Part shown: piece after piece, positions 33,024 through 50,725 of the stretch
Position numbering within the stretch: the stretch's first letter is position 1
Layout of the letters: each line of letters begins with the position of its first letter
DNA from: the human T2T-CHM13v2.0 reference genome, Homo sapiens
Reading direction: 5' to 3' (one strand)
Assembly: GCF_009914755.1 (NCBI RefSeq)
Contig: NC_060938.1
DNA length: 64,000 nt
The notes under the pieces: model-generated
The model's database searches: none
What the model saw: only the letters and a program-made list of their open reading frames with translations
What the model was told of the DNA's origin: nothing
Position numbers and translations under genes: made by a program

Positions 33024-34343
33024 ATGCCCCTGCCAGGAGGAGGCAGCCCCACACCACGGGCAAGGTGAGTGTCGTCTCCACTGCCCACCTTGGCCAAGAG
33101 GCCTGCACAACAGTGCCTGGCACCTGCCCCCGCCCCAACTGGGTTTTCTCATCTGCCATATAGAGAGGAGGGTTACCTGCTGCTGCCCCTCGGGCCTGTC
33201 CTGAGGGTAAACCCCACCAAGCATGTGGAAGTAGGCGTTTCTGGAGGTTTTTCTCCCCAGACAAGGATTCTGGGCCTGCAGAGTGCCCCCTCTCCACCCC
33301 TCCGCCTGGCAGTCGCCTCCTCCTCCTACCCCCACCCCACTCTGGGGGACTGATCATTTTCCCTGGTCTGCCCCTCTGCTTGCCTGCACTACTCGCTTAT
33401 TGAAGCACGGGTCCTTTTTTATTGAGTTATAAAACCAGGATTGTTTTTGGATGAGGTTGGTAAAACAGCCTGGAAACTTGGTAATCTGAACTTCTCAGGT
33501 TTGTAGACAGATCCTGTTGCTCGGAGAGATAATGAGGGCTGCGTTTTCAAGTATTAAATTAATTTCATGTTTCAGATGGTGCGGGAGGCAGCTGTGTTCT
33601 GGGCTGGGCTTGCTTCCTCAGGGCTGCTTGTGCCACAGTGGGTGGGGGACTGGGAGGGCTGGAGCCAAGCCCTCCAGAGTGACAATCGCCAATCCCCACC
33701 CCAAGAGGAAATGCAGAGGATGTCTGTCCAAATTGCCTTTTTACGAAAGGAGTGGGGGGCTGTGGATCAAAAGAAACTTCCTCTGCTCTCCAAGGCTGCC
33801 TGGGACAGGGGAAGGTGACCTGAAGCTACTCCTCATTCCACCACCATTCACTGTGTGACCTTGGGCAAGTCCCATGCCTGTTCAAGAGAACCTTGAGGCT
33901 GGACTCCTGTCCACGCAGAACGACTGGGCCCATTTCCACCTGGTCCAGGTCCCTCCAACCATAATTCCAAGCATTGTAGAGGAGCTTCATCATAGCTCCA
34001 TAAATACCAATACCAGCGGGTGCTCAGACCCTCACTGGAAAAGCTCACGGTAATCATAATCCTAAAGAATGACAATCGCAGGGGCTGCTGCTGACTGAGT
34101 ACTCACACTGTGCTCTGCCCCACCACCAAGGTTGCTGCAAAGATCAAATAGGTCAAGACATGAAAAGTGGATAGAGCAGTAACTGGTTCTATACTGTCAC
34201 TGCTACAGAGTCAGCTCATTTTCTGAAGGCAACAGACTTGAGTGGCAGAAATGGGATTTGAGCCGGCACAGCCCTTCCTCTCTCTGCACTCACCCCATGG
34301 GGTGATGATGAGGGACTCAATGAGGTTAAGAAAACTGTACCAC

Positions 34344-34770
34344 GGCTGGGTGCGGTGGCTCACACCTGTAATCCCAGCACTTTGGGAGGCTGAGGCAGGC
34401 GGATGGATCATTTGAGGTTGGGAGTTCAAGAACAGCGTGGCCAACGTGGGGGAAACCCCGTCTCTACTAAAAAATACAAAAAAATGCCGGGTGAGGTGCC
34501 TCATGCCTGTAACCCTAGCACTTTGGCCAAGGCGGGCAGATCACCTGAGGTCAGGAGTTCAAGACAAGCCTGGCCAACAGGACGAAACCACATGTCTACT
34601 AAAAATACAAAACTTATCCAGGTGTGGTGGTGCATGTCTGTGATCCCAGCTACTCAGGAGGCTGAGTCAGGAGAATCACTTGAACCTGGGAGGCAGAGGT
34701 TGTAGTGAGTCAAGATCACGCCACTGCACTTCAGCCTGGGCAACAGAGCGAGACACCATCAAAAAAAAGA
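34344..34770 (+). mobile_element. Trimeric Alu (left-left-right)
   Basis: Left arm plus linker (to about 34485) followed by a complete second dimer. Confidence 0.9.
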
Positions 34771-34891
34771 AAGAAAGAAAGAAAGAAAGAAGGCAGGCAG
34801 GAAGGAAGGAAGGAGGGAAGGAAGGAGAAAAGAAAAAAGAAAAGAAAAAAGAAAAAAAGGAAAAGAAAAGAACAAAAAAAAGAAAAGAAAA
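34761..34891 (+). repeat. Purine-rich (GAAA/GGAA) low-complexity tail
   Basis: About 130 nt of almost pure A/G. Confidence 0.9.
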
Positions 34892-36140
34892 TTATACCAC
34901 ATTCCTCAGAACGTAAGGAGGGGAGAGCTAGGACGCTATCCTCAAATCTGTGCTCCTTCTACCACACAGCACTGCTTGTGGAGGGGCGGGGGTGTGGGTA
35001 GGGGGCTGCTGTGTTATTAACAGTCTGGAAAGAAGGCCCAGGAGGGGCCCAATAGCCCAAAGAAAGGGGAGAGCTCCAAGTCATCCCAACTGCCCCCAGC
35101 GTTAATGCTTCCAGGCCTGTCTTCATGTGTACCGGGAAGGGCAGTCACCATTCCTCTTAGGCAAAGTGCAGACTGTGGCTAATTTTCAAGTTTCATAAGT
35201 ATTCATCCCTCCCAGCCCCCAAATGCCAGTATGGGAATACACACTTCACCAAGACCATTTCGCCCTGTGGCAGGCAGATCGCCCCCGCCTTGGAAAAGCC
35301 GCTGTCGGCCCGGTGACTGCATTCTATTTCACATCTCTGGCATGTCGGGCCAGAAACTAAACAGCATCCACAGGGCAGGACTATTTCTAGACAGCAGCTC
35401 TGTTATAAAATAGGGCGCCTCTCTCGAAGCCAGGCTCTGGATCCCGTCAAAACGACGTGTGTCTTTCCTTTCCTTCCTCAAGAAGGTGAAATACAAGCCT
35501 GGAATAACACTGTCTCCCTGTTCTCCCCTGGACACAAGTCAAAACTCGAATCTGATAAATCTGAAATCAATGCTCATTTTCTAATTGGACTTCATGGGGC
35601 TGGACACGGTGCCAGAGCCGGTGGCATTTCACGTCGTATGTTATTGTTGGTGCCGACAGAAGAAACGGATCTTTCAGGAGATTCAAGAAGAAATTAATAT
35701 TTCCGTGATTCCAGGGAACTTAATGCTCACCTATTTTACTTGTTACAAAGGGAGACTATGTCCAGCCCTCAGGGTTTTGCAGTGACCACAAAGGCAGACT
35801 GTGGGGTTCCCTTTCACCCCTCTACGTTTGTTTGCACACCAAGGACCCTCTCTTTGTTCTCAACCTTAAAAACTTTGAAGACTCTGTTTCAAAGCGCACA
35901 CTTCTGAGAACCTTCCCAGCCCTTCTCATGAGTTAGTCGCTGCTGCTTCTCGGAGATGAAGGGTCTGATGTGTGTGTCTCAGCACCTCCCAGCCCATGTA
36001 TCAATCTCACTTGGTTCCTCTGACACTCCCAAGAGCAGCCCAAGGGCAGAAAGAATACCCTGTTCTTCTATTCTTCCTGCGGTCCCAAAGCAAGCACAGC
36101 ACCAGCACCCAGGAGGTGCCCCTGGAATACTGGTGAATGA

Positions 36141-36477
<337 letters not shown>

Positions 36478-36594
36478 TGATTCTCAACTGGCAGATTTGG
36501 CACTCCCCTTCCAGGGACACTTGCTTATGGCTGGAGACATTTTTTATTGTCACAATTGGAGAGAAAAATGCCAGTGACATGTAGTAAATAGAGG

Positions 36595-37192
36595 CAGGGC
36601 AGTCATATGATGTTCATAGGCCCTGCACATCACATCATGGCTTTTCTTTTTTTTTTTCTTTGAGATAGGGTCTTGCTCTAGTGCCCAGGGTGGAGGGCAG
36701 TGGCACCATCTTGGCTCACTGCAGCCTCTGCCTCCTAAGCTCAAGTGATCTTCCCACCTCAGCCTCCCAAGTAGCTAGGACTACAGGCACACACCACCAT
36801 GCCCAGCTAATTTTTTTTTTATTTTTAGTAGAGACAGGATCTTGCTATGATTCCCTGGCTGGTCTCGAACTCCTGAGCTCAAGCAATCCACCTGCCTTGG
36901 CCTCCCAAAGTGCTAGGGTTACAGGCATGAGCCATGTGCTCAGCTCATTTTGGCCTTTGGGAGTCCCTTTTTCCATAAAACACACACATACATATTAAAA
37001 TTATATTTTAAAATTGATTTTATATGAAGATGAATATCATTCAGGTCACATTCATTATCAAATATTTTTAATTATTACGTTCACTTTTTCCTTCTGATTT
37101 TAAAATTAAAATTAAAACATTTTTGAGGGCCCTAAAAGTATCAGGAAACTTAGACACTGATTCTTCTTTGATTAATGAGCAAGCTGGCCCTG
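36595..37192. mobile_element. MER45-like (hAT-Tip100) element nested in MER20
   Basis: Termini cagggc…gccctg; decayed 8-bp TSD aatagagg/ggtggagg. Confidence 0.6.
36642..36945 (-). mobile_element. Alu (J-like) inside the MER45-like element
   Basis: Reverse dimer. Confidence 0.92.
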
Positions 37193-37321
37193 GGTGGAGG
37201 CCAGGGGTGCTGCTAACTATCCTACCAAGAGTGGGACAATCACACGACAAAAAACTGTTATCCAGCCCCAGATGTCAGTAGTTCCAAGGTTGAAAAACCC
37301 TTTTAGAAAGGAAAACTCCAA

Positions 37322-37738
<417 letters not shown>

Positions 37739-38144
37739 TCATTGAACACAGCACATACTTTCATGACAGCATTCATTAAAAAAATCTAAGTGTTTTTTTA
37801 TTTTTCTCCAAATGGTGGATAGAGCACGGAAAACATATTTTGCTCATATTCAGCTATGCAGGCAACGGCAACACTTCATTATTCAGGCAAACTGGGGAAA
37901 TCCCATGATGTCTCCTGCCCTGTGGCCAGCTTCTCATGATCAGGAAACAGCTCGCTCCGCTGCAAAGTGGCTCAGAGGCACTGACGCTGCACCTTTCACC
38001 TGCCTTCTAAGGTGCCCGAGACAATCCTGCCAGTAACACAGAGTTTTTGATTTGGGGTCTGTATTAGGATTCTCCAGAGAAACAGAACCAACAAGGGGTG
38101 TGTGTGTGTGTGTGTGCGTGTGTGTGTATTAGAGAGATTGAGAT

Positions 38145-38458
<314 letters not shown>

Positions 38459-38467
38459 TAGTTAACA

Positions 38468-39069
38468 CAGGGATCCCGAGCCACAGACCAGTACCAGTCC
38501 ATGGCCTATAGGAATTGGGCTGCACAGCAGAAGGTGAGCAGCAGGCAAGAAAGTGAAGCTGAGCCCCACCTCTCAGATCAGCGGCAGCAGTAGATTCTCG
38601 TAGGAGCACAAACCCACCTGTGAACTGCACGTGTGATGGATCTAGGTTTCGTGCTCCTTATGAGAGTCTAATGCCTGATGATCTGTCGCTGTCTCCCATC
38701 ACCCCCAGATGGAACCATCTAGTTGCAGGAAAACGAGCTCAGGGCTCCCACTGATTCTACATTATGGTGAGTTGTGTAATCATTTCTTTATATATATTGT
38801 AATACATGATATATAATATATGTTACATATCATGTATTATAACATATATCATATTACATATTTATGTTATACATGATATACATAACATATCATGTATTAT
38901 AATATATGATATATATTGTAATATATTACATTGTACCAATAATAGAAATAAAATGCACAATAAATGTAATGTGCTTGAATCATCCCAAAACCATCCCCTC
39001 ACTCCCATCCGTGGAAAAATTGTCTTCTGTGAAACCGGTCCCTGGTACCAAAAAGGTTGGGGACCCCTG
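38468..39069 (+). mobile_element. MER1A (hAT-Charlie)
   Basis: cagggatccc…'gcagtagattctcgtaggagc…ctagttgcaggaaaacgagctcagggctccc'…ggttggggacccctg; TSD agttaaca/ggctaaca. Confidence 0.85.
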
Positions 39070-40102
39070 GGCTAACACAACAGCGGATGTTTCATGAGTC
39101 CAAAGTCTGAGATGGGAGGCTGGCAGGCTGGAGACCCAGGGGAGAGCTGATTGTGCAGTTCAAGTCCAAGGCCATTTGCTGGCAGAATTCCTTCTTGCTC
39201 AGGGCAGGTCAGCCTTTTGTTGGTATTCAAGCCTTCACCTGATTGGATGAGGCCCACCCACATTATGGAATATCATCTGCTTTACTGAAAGTCCATCCAT
39301 TTAAATGTTAATCTCATCCCTCAAAACACATCTTCATAGAAACACTCAGAATAAAGTTTGATCAAATTTCTGGATGCCAACACCCAGCCAAGTTGAAAAC
39401 GTAAAATTAACCATCAAAAGATCTTAAAAATTGTTTTTATTCTCAGGTGTTTTTCTGTTTCTCTCTCTGAAAGATCAGTGAGCAACTATACTGGAAGGGG
39501 AAATACACAAGGTTTCACACCCACAGGAGGCAGTTAGCATCCATGGAGTACCTGGCATGCAACAGACACTTTACCAACACAGTCTCATGTCACTTTCACT
39601 TGGGCCTTAGGAGGCGGATATTGACATCCTCAACTTAGGCCAAGGACTCTGAGCCTCATGGTTGTGTGACTTGCCAAGGGTCCCACAGCTGGTTGTTGGC
39701 AGAGCAAGGACTCAAATTCAGGTGTCTCTTGAACCCAAGGCCATGTTCTGTTGACCCCCAGCAGCAGTTACTCTGGAGACACCAGGGGAAGGACAGAGAT
39801 AGCCCAGATAGTAGGAAGAACAGAGTCTTGAACTACCCATAAACCCTGGGCAACAGCTTCTACTGCTCTATCGCTGCAAACACATCCCCCCCACCCCCCA
39901 CCACACACACACTTGGAATACTTAGATTATGCACACAAGTTGCCTAGTAGTATATGCATATTTAGTGCATATTGGAAAGATGGTTGTCATTATTACAATA
40001 ATTATAAATAGTGTATATGTGGTAGTAAGATTGTCATATATCAAAGGCAACAGAAGGGGGCATTAAAAGGTAGGAAGAGGCAACTTAAAATTAATGAGAT
40101 TA

Positions 40103-40402
<300 letters not shown>

Positions 40403-40756
40403 TTAATGAGATATGGAAGTGAGCCTTCTGCCAATGTGATACCATGAAGCCTGAAAATAAATTCTCAACACTTCCTTTATTCAGAGAACACTCTGCAGGA
40501 CCCCAGGTGGTCCTCCTAACAGCCTGCTGAAGTGGACAGGGCAGGTGCCTTCTGCACATTTGAAAGGCAAGACGTCTGTGGCTCAGAGAGGTGGAGTGCA
40601 TTGCCTGAGGGCACACAGCAGTCTGCTTTAGGAATTGGAGGAGGTCTTCCTGTAGCTGAGGAGACCACTGCCCTCCCCACAGGGAGTAGGTGGCCCAGGG
40701 AAAGGTTATTATAGAGGCTCTTTAAAGAGTTGAGGAATCTATTTCTCCATCTCTCA

Positions 40757-41105
<349 letters not shown>

Positions 41106-42129
41106 TGAGATCTAAACTTCTTCCCTACATGAAAAGTCATTAGCAAGAACCTATGCGAAGGTCCTTGTACCCAGTACCTGGCACAAAGTAGATGATCAGT
41201 GAATAGCAGCCGCTATTATTATCACTATTAATTCTGTCTTCCAACTTCAGCAGCTTGATAGTGCCGCAGCACACAAAATCCAGAGGCGCTTGATGGTGAC
41301 AAGGATTAAAAATATCGGTGCAAGTATGTCTCAGGGTTCTTTGTGCCACCCCGTTATTCCAAATGTCTCCCAGGCCAAAGATTTCCATGGTGGCTATGTA
41401 ACCATTCCCTATTTTTCACTTCAAATTTACCGTTTGCAAATGTGGGCAGGGATGTGAGATAGGAACTTTTTCTTGTTTCCATCCAGAAGGCCCGGAGCTG
41501 TTATATCATCCTAAAGTTCCTGGGATTGTTCATGACAATACGTCCACGGGACATACTATGCAGATATGGGACTTGGTTTTCCGCATGGCATGCAAGGCTG
41601 GAACATTCAAGATGACATTCAAGATGACAACAGCCATGGTGCGGAAGGAGTTGTGGTAGGAAGATAAAAAATCAGGATGACACCTCCAGTGTGGATGGAG
41701 AAACAAGGTCTTGTAAATGACAAGAGTGCTGAGGAATCTGGCCATCTCTTCTCAACGATGGCAGAGGACTTTATTTTCTTGAAAAAAATTAACTTTGGGG
41801 AAAAGTATTGGTTCATCACACCCTGCATTCATTGCATAGTTCACTCTCACCATTGGTCCATTCTAGACATCTCTCTTGATTCGTGTACTGCATTTCTTGC
41901 ATTTCATCCTCATTCCCTTACCCTATTCCCCTTTCCCATGGGCAACCATTTGAATGTGTGTGTCCTGTGTCCCTTGTACGCATCCTATTTGCATGCAAGT
42001 CTTTTAATTTACATAGGTGGTATTGAATGATAAGACTCCTATTTCTTACTTTTTTCACTCAGCACTGTTGGCAGAGATAAAAAAAAATCACTAATTATAG
42101 ATTCATAAAAATGCCAAATCTTAAAGAAT

Positions 42130-42770
<641 letters not shown>

Positions 42771-42885
42771 CTTGAGTGGCATCTGGTCCTGCTTCTTACC
42801 CAATATAAGGATCATTCTACGAATACAGCCTCTGCCTGAACACATCCAAGGACAGGAGGCTCATTACCCAAGAAGACAGCTAACT

Positions 42886-43150
42886 GGCCAGGCACATTGG
42901 CTCCTGCCTATAATCCCAGCATTTTTGGAGGCCAAGGTGGGCGGATTGCTTGAGCCCAGGAGTTTGAGACCAAGCTGGGCAACGTGGTGAGACCTTGTCA
43001 CTACAAAAAATTTAAAAAATGAGGTAGAAAGATCACTTGAGCCCCAGAGGTGGAGGCTGCAGTGACCCATGATAGTGCCACTGCACTCCCACCTGGGCGA
43101 TGGGAGTGAGACCCTATCTCAAAAAATAAATTAATTAATTAAAAAAAATA
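42886..43150 (+). mobile_element. Alu (J-like, right-arm deletion)
   Basis: TSD aaga(c/t)agcta. Confidence 0.88.
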
Positions 43151-43529
43151 ATAAGATAGCTACCAGTAGTAGAAGGAGCATGGACTCTGAAGTCTTGAAC
43201 ACTGACCCACCCTTTATTCTGATTTATCATCCTTAAACCTTGGTTTCCTCATCTGTGAAGTGGATGAACTATTTAGCTGTGAGGACTATAAGAGATATAT
43301 CTTTACACAGTGACAGGAATGTAGCCAGTGACCAACAAATGCTCACTTTTACACTTAGCCCTTATTGCACCCAAATTTACTCTCCCATGACTTCAAAATG
43401 CTGTACTTTGGCATTACAGCTTTTTCTATCTGAAGGCCCCTGAACTGTTGGCAGAGAATGCTCAATAATGATCATTTTCTCTCTCTGGTTTTCAGCTCCT
43501 ACATCTGTAAAATAGAGACTGCCACTCAA

Positions 43530-44245
<716 letters not shown>

Positions 44246-45430
44246 ACAATTCTTCAGCTGCCTGGGCTCTCTAGCTCCTCCCATCACTCCAAGTCTATGA
44301 ATCCTGAAAACCATGAGTTACTACTGAAAGAGGAAACTTCCTCGATAAATTTCTAGAGGTGACTCTAACTAGTGTGATTTGCTACAGCCAGTACTTAGAA
44401 CGGAAGCTCTCCTTGACTCTGGTTTCATTTTAAAACAAGGGAAGGTAAATCTCTCTTAAAGAAATTCATAGTCAACTTGTTAAAATTAAGGAAAGGGTAC
44501 TTTGATTTGCAAAGCCCATGAAGACAACAGGGCAGATCCAGGGCTAAAGAAAGAAAGGGGAGGCTGGGGCACTGACAAGGACCTGGTGATCTAGGACCCA
44601 GGGCCTACTCATGCAATACCAACGTATCCCAGGTAGGGGCCCCTGATTATTTTTACCAGGCCAAGGAATCCTTCAGGAAGTAGGTGGTTGGGGGTTGTGG
44701 TTGGTGGGGGTGTGGGGGCTCGGCAGCACCGGTATCATGCAGACACAAAAACCGAAAATAAAAAAAAAATCCTTTCTATCTTGGAGATAAAATTGGCCTC
44801 TTCCTTGTTAATCTCTGCAGGACTTGTACATACATCAGACAAGATTCTCTCCCCAAAGCACCTCTCAGTACAGCCCATGCAGCATGGAAAATAACCACGA
44901 TTCAGACAGAGCTGGCACTTAACCACTCATACAAGCTCAGGCAAGCTACCCAGTGTGCCAAACCTCAGTTTCCTCATCAGAAAAAATGGGTATAACAATG
45001 ACACCTACTTTCTAGGATGGCTACCCATGTGTCAATGGGCATCTATTCCAACTCTTTCACTTTATAGGTGATAACACTGAAGTTTGGGTGGGATGATTGA
45101 CTTGCAGCCTGTGCCTGCCTTGGAGGTTCCTAATGCTGCTGGGATGTAAACCCATTAATGACATCCAAGGGAGACCTCCAGTACAAACAAGGGGGTGCTA
45201 CTTAACCAGGAAAAAAAGACGAACACAGTAGCACTCAGTGTGGCCCAGTTGCAGTGAGATGGATGTGGACCCAGTGCTGTGAAGGGCCTGTTTTGTCACT
45301 CTAGGTCAGAACCGCAACATGAAGCACTGCATGTTTGCCAAACTGATGAAATGAGAGCAATTTGGCAATTGTCTGGAGAGCCAGGAGAAATATTCATTAT
45401 CTTTGTTCATTTTTAGCTTCTCCTCTGGGA

Positions 45431-45870
45431 CTTTCTTTTTCTTTTTTCTTTTTTTTTTTTTTTGATGGAATTTTGCTCTGTCTCCCAGGCTGGGGTGCAG
45501 TGGCATGATCTCCACCCACTGTAATCTCCACCTCCCGGGTTCAAGTGATCTTGTACCACAGCTTCCCGAGTAGTGGGATTACAAGTACCTGCTACCACAC
45601 CTGGCTCATTTTTGTGTCTTTAGTAGAGATGGGGTTTCACCACAATGGCCAGGCTGGTCTCAAACTGCCGACCTCTGGTGATCTGCCTGCCTTGGCCCCC
45701 CAAAGTGCTGGGATTACTGGCATGAGCCACCACGCCTGTCTAATTTTTGTATTTTTAGTAGAGATGGGGTTTCACCATGTTGGCCAGGCTGGTCTCCTGA
45801 CTTTAAGCGATCTGCCCGCCTCGGCCTCCCAAAGTGCTGGGATTACAGGCATGAGTCACTGTGCCTGGCC
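45431..45870 (-). mobile_element. Trimeric Alu (left-left-right)
   Basis: Reverse right arm followed by two linker-plus-left-arm units. Confidence 0.9.
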
Positions 45871-46309
45871 ATCTCCAGGACTTTTACTAAGAATCCAATC
45901 TTGTAGGAAAAAAAAATTGAAAGAATTAAAAGCAGTAATATAAGTGAACTCCCTATGTTGACTGAAAAATGCTTTACAAATGTTTTCTAGGATGATGTGG
46001 AGCAATGGGTCGGACACTGAGTCTCCTGAGGGCCAGGATGCCGCTGATGTTCCCTGGAGCATTAGGCATACCCGTGAATGACAGAAGGTCACTACAGGCC
46101 CAGCAACTGGGACATGTAGAGAAACCAGGGCACCTTTGCAGTGGTGTTTACGAGAAACCATGTAGCAAAGGTGAAAATGTTCACGTCACAATGTTAAGTG
46201 AAAAAAGCAAAATAAAAAATGTTAGAGGTGATGATCGAATGAAAAGAGAATGAAAGTGGCTATGTCAGAATAGTAAGATTAGGGCACACTTTAAATTTTC
46301 CTCTTTATA

Positions 46310-46641
<332 letters not shown>

Positions 46642-47444
46642 TGATTCTTATAATACATACATAAAGCAGAGAAATACTGTTTTGTGCTCCTCAGTTTAAA
46701 CTCAGACTGGGAGCTCTTTGTCTAGCCACGGACTTCCTGATCTTTTGTAATCAAAGCTACATACTGAAGACTGGCTCTGTGCTGCTAGGCACCATACGAG
46801 GCACATTCTGCCATGCTGAAGGGGATCTTCAATCCTTACAACAGGTCTCAAAGGTAGAGATTAGTGTCACAGCTTCTAAAGATGGGAAAAAGGAGACAGC
46901 AAGGAACTTGCCCAGGGTCCCATGGCTAAAAAGGGGCAAAGTTGGGGTTGCATCCCAGGATAACCTGTAGACAGTCTGGTCTCTTTCTAGCAACTAGAGT
47001 CCACCAACGTGCTGGGACATGGGAAAGGATGTTAACTGGCTTTGAATGACAGAGCCAAAAGTTCTTCTTCTTCAGCTCATATAGTTCTGATGCTTCTGAT
47101 AACCTCTAGAAAAAAGTCCATTCTTTTTAACAAAGAGAGAGCAGTCCTGAAGGCAAGAACCCTCCCCAAATAAAAAGACTGAGCTAAACTGGGGTAACAT
47201 AGCCACTGTGCTATGTTCTCATCCATCATATTCATCATCACTGGTGTTTTCTCTGCTGCTTTCATCTCCATATGCAAATGACACTTGTTTTCCATTTACT
47301 GTAGCGATGTAAAAATAGATTCCTCTTCATCCCTCTTCCTTTCTGTGAATTTCAGAATGTGCCTCTTTGAGCACACATTTTAGGATTCAGGGCTTCTGGG
47401 ACTTCAGATTTAACCACACCTCCCATACATCCCTGCGTTTTGAG

Positions 47445-47755
47445 ATTTTCTTTTTTGTTTGTTTGTTTTTTGAGACAGAGTTTCTGTCTTTTCACCTAGG
47501 CTGGAGTGCAATGGCGCAATCTCGGCTCACTGCAACCTCCACCCCTGCCGGTTCAAGCTATTCTCCTGTCTCAGCCTCCTGTGTAGCTGGGATTACAGGC
47601 ACCTGCCACCATGCCTGGCTAATTTTGGTATTTTTAGTAGATACAGGGTTTCACCATGTTGGCCAGGCTGGTCTCAAACTCCTGACCTCAGGTGATCCAT
47701 ATGCCTCACCTCCCAAATTGCTGGGATTGCCAGGTGTGAGCCACTGCGCCAGGCC
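47445..47755 (-). mobile_element. Alu
   Basis: Reverse dimer; TSD tttgagatt. Confidence 0.95.
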
Positions 47756-48269
47756 GATTTTGAGATTCTTTATTACAAAATACAGTAGAGCTTAACTGGG
47801 CAAATACGGTCCAAACATTCCATCATGAAAAATATCATGTGTTGCAATATTATAAGGTCAGCATAGACCAATGTTTTCCAGAGGATCTGTGCCACCAAAA
47901 AATCACAAAAATAGAGACAGAGAAGAGCATACTGTACTGGACTGAGAAACCGAGGGCGTCCCAATAATTCACGGGCTCCATTCTGCCCAAGTCGACATCA
48001 CTGCCCCGTCATCACAGGCTTTCAGTCTGTTACAGTGGCAAAAGCAATTCAGCCTTTTTGATGGTGCAGAGCTTCAACCATTTCAACAAATAAAGGGGCA
48101 GGGTGTCATGTTCTGGAAAAGAAGCATGCAGCTAGATTTAGGCATTTTTGCTCCTCAGAACTACAAAAATGAGTCTGCACACAACCATCCTTCCAAACTT
48201 GACTCATCTTTGCAAAGTCTCCTTTTAAGTACAAAAAAAATGGCATTGCCCATTAATTTTGAAAAGATA

Positions 48270-49324
<1,055 letters not shown>

Positions 49325-50226
49325 GAAAAGATAACAATGTCCTTCTTTGCAAGGCTTCTGTGAATTCAGTCCTTTCTCCCAGTTTCACAGGCAAATAAGG
49401 ACAGGGACTCAGTTGAGGTGACTAATCCTCGGAGCCACAGCCCCCCAATTCCAGGGGCTTGGAAATGCTGGGATCACAATTAAAGGCTTTGAACTTCCAC
49501 CAGACACCACCACCAGAGCTCACTCCATCCGCAAATGCTATGTACATTCTTGGCCACAAAAACACTTCCAGGACAAAAAAATGTTTCAGAGTTCAGAACT
49601 ATTCAATCCCACATTTGTTCTCTATGAACAAACGATGCAGGAAGAAATGGAAGAAGCTGAATCTCTCTGAGGGCACACTTTATTTTGCCCTGATGAGAAC
49701 TTAGTAGCACCTAAGTGCTTCCCAATCTGACAAGGCCATGCTACACACTCCAAGGACTATTGCTGAAGTTGGCTGTTCACCTGCAAAAATACTCAAGGAC
49801 CAGCAAGGCAAAGGTGATCTTCCCAAAACGGTCCTCCAGGCTGGAACCAGCTGTGGTTTCCATTCTGCAACACCCTGCCTTGCCCCACATTCTAGAAATT
49901 CTAGTGGACTTTGAGAGAGTGGTATCAGGGAGATGTATTTGCCAACTCTTTTTTCAAATTTGGCAGATGAGGCCCATGTCTTTTCACGGGCTGTCTTCTA
50001 GAACTAACTGTCCTTCATTACTGCATGTTTACCTGCTGTATAGCAATCTGTCACCCCCACTGGTCCCTGAGGCTGGGAGTACGGTGTGTGTGGGTGTTCT
50101 CTGGGGCAGCCTGCAAGGCTGGGTGTGGAAGAGGATGCGACACGGCCTCTGCCTGGGCCCTGCTGACCTAGTCATTCCCTGTTTGTCCTCTCTGGATCTC
50201 CTTTGGGCTCTAAGGAGAGGCACTCA

Positions 50227-50725
<499 letters not shown>

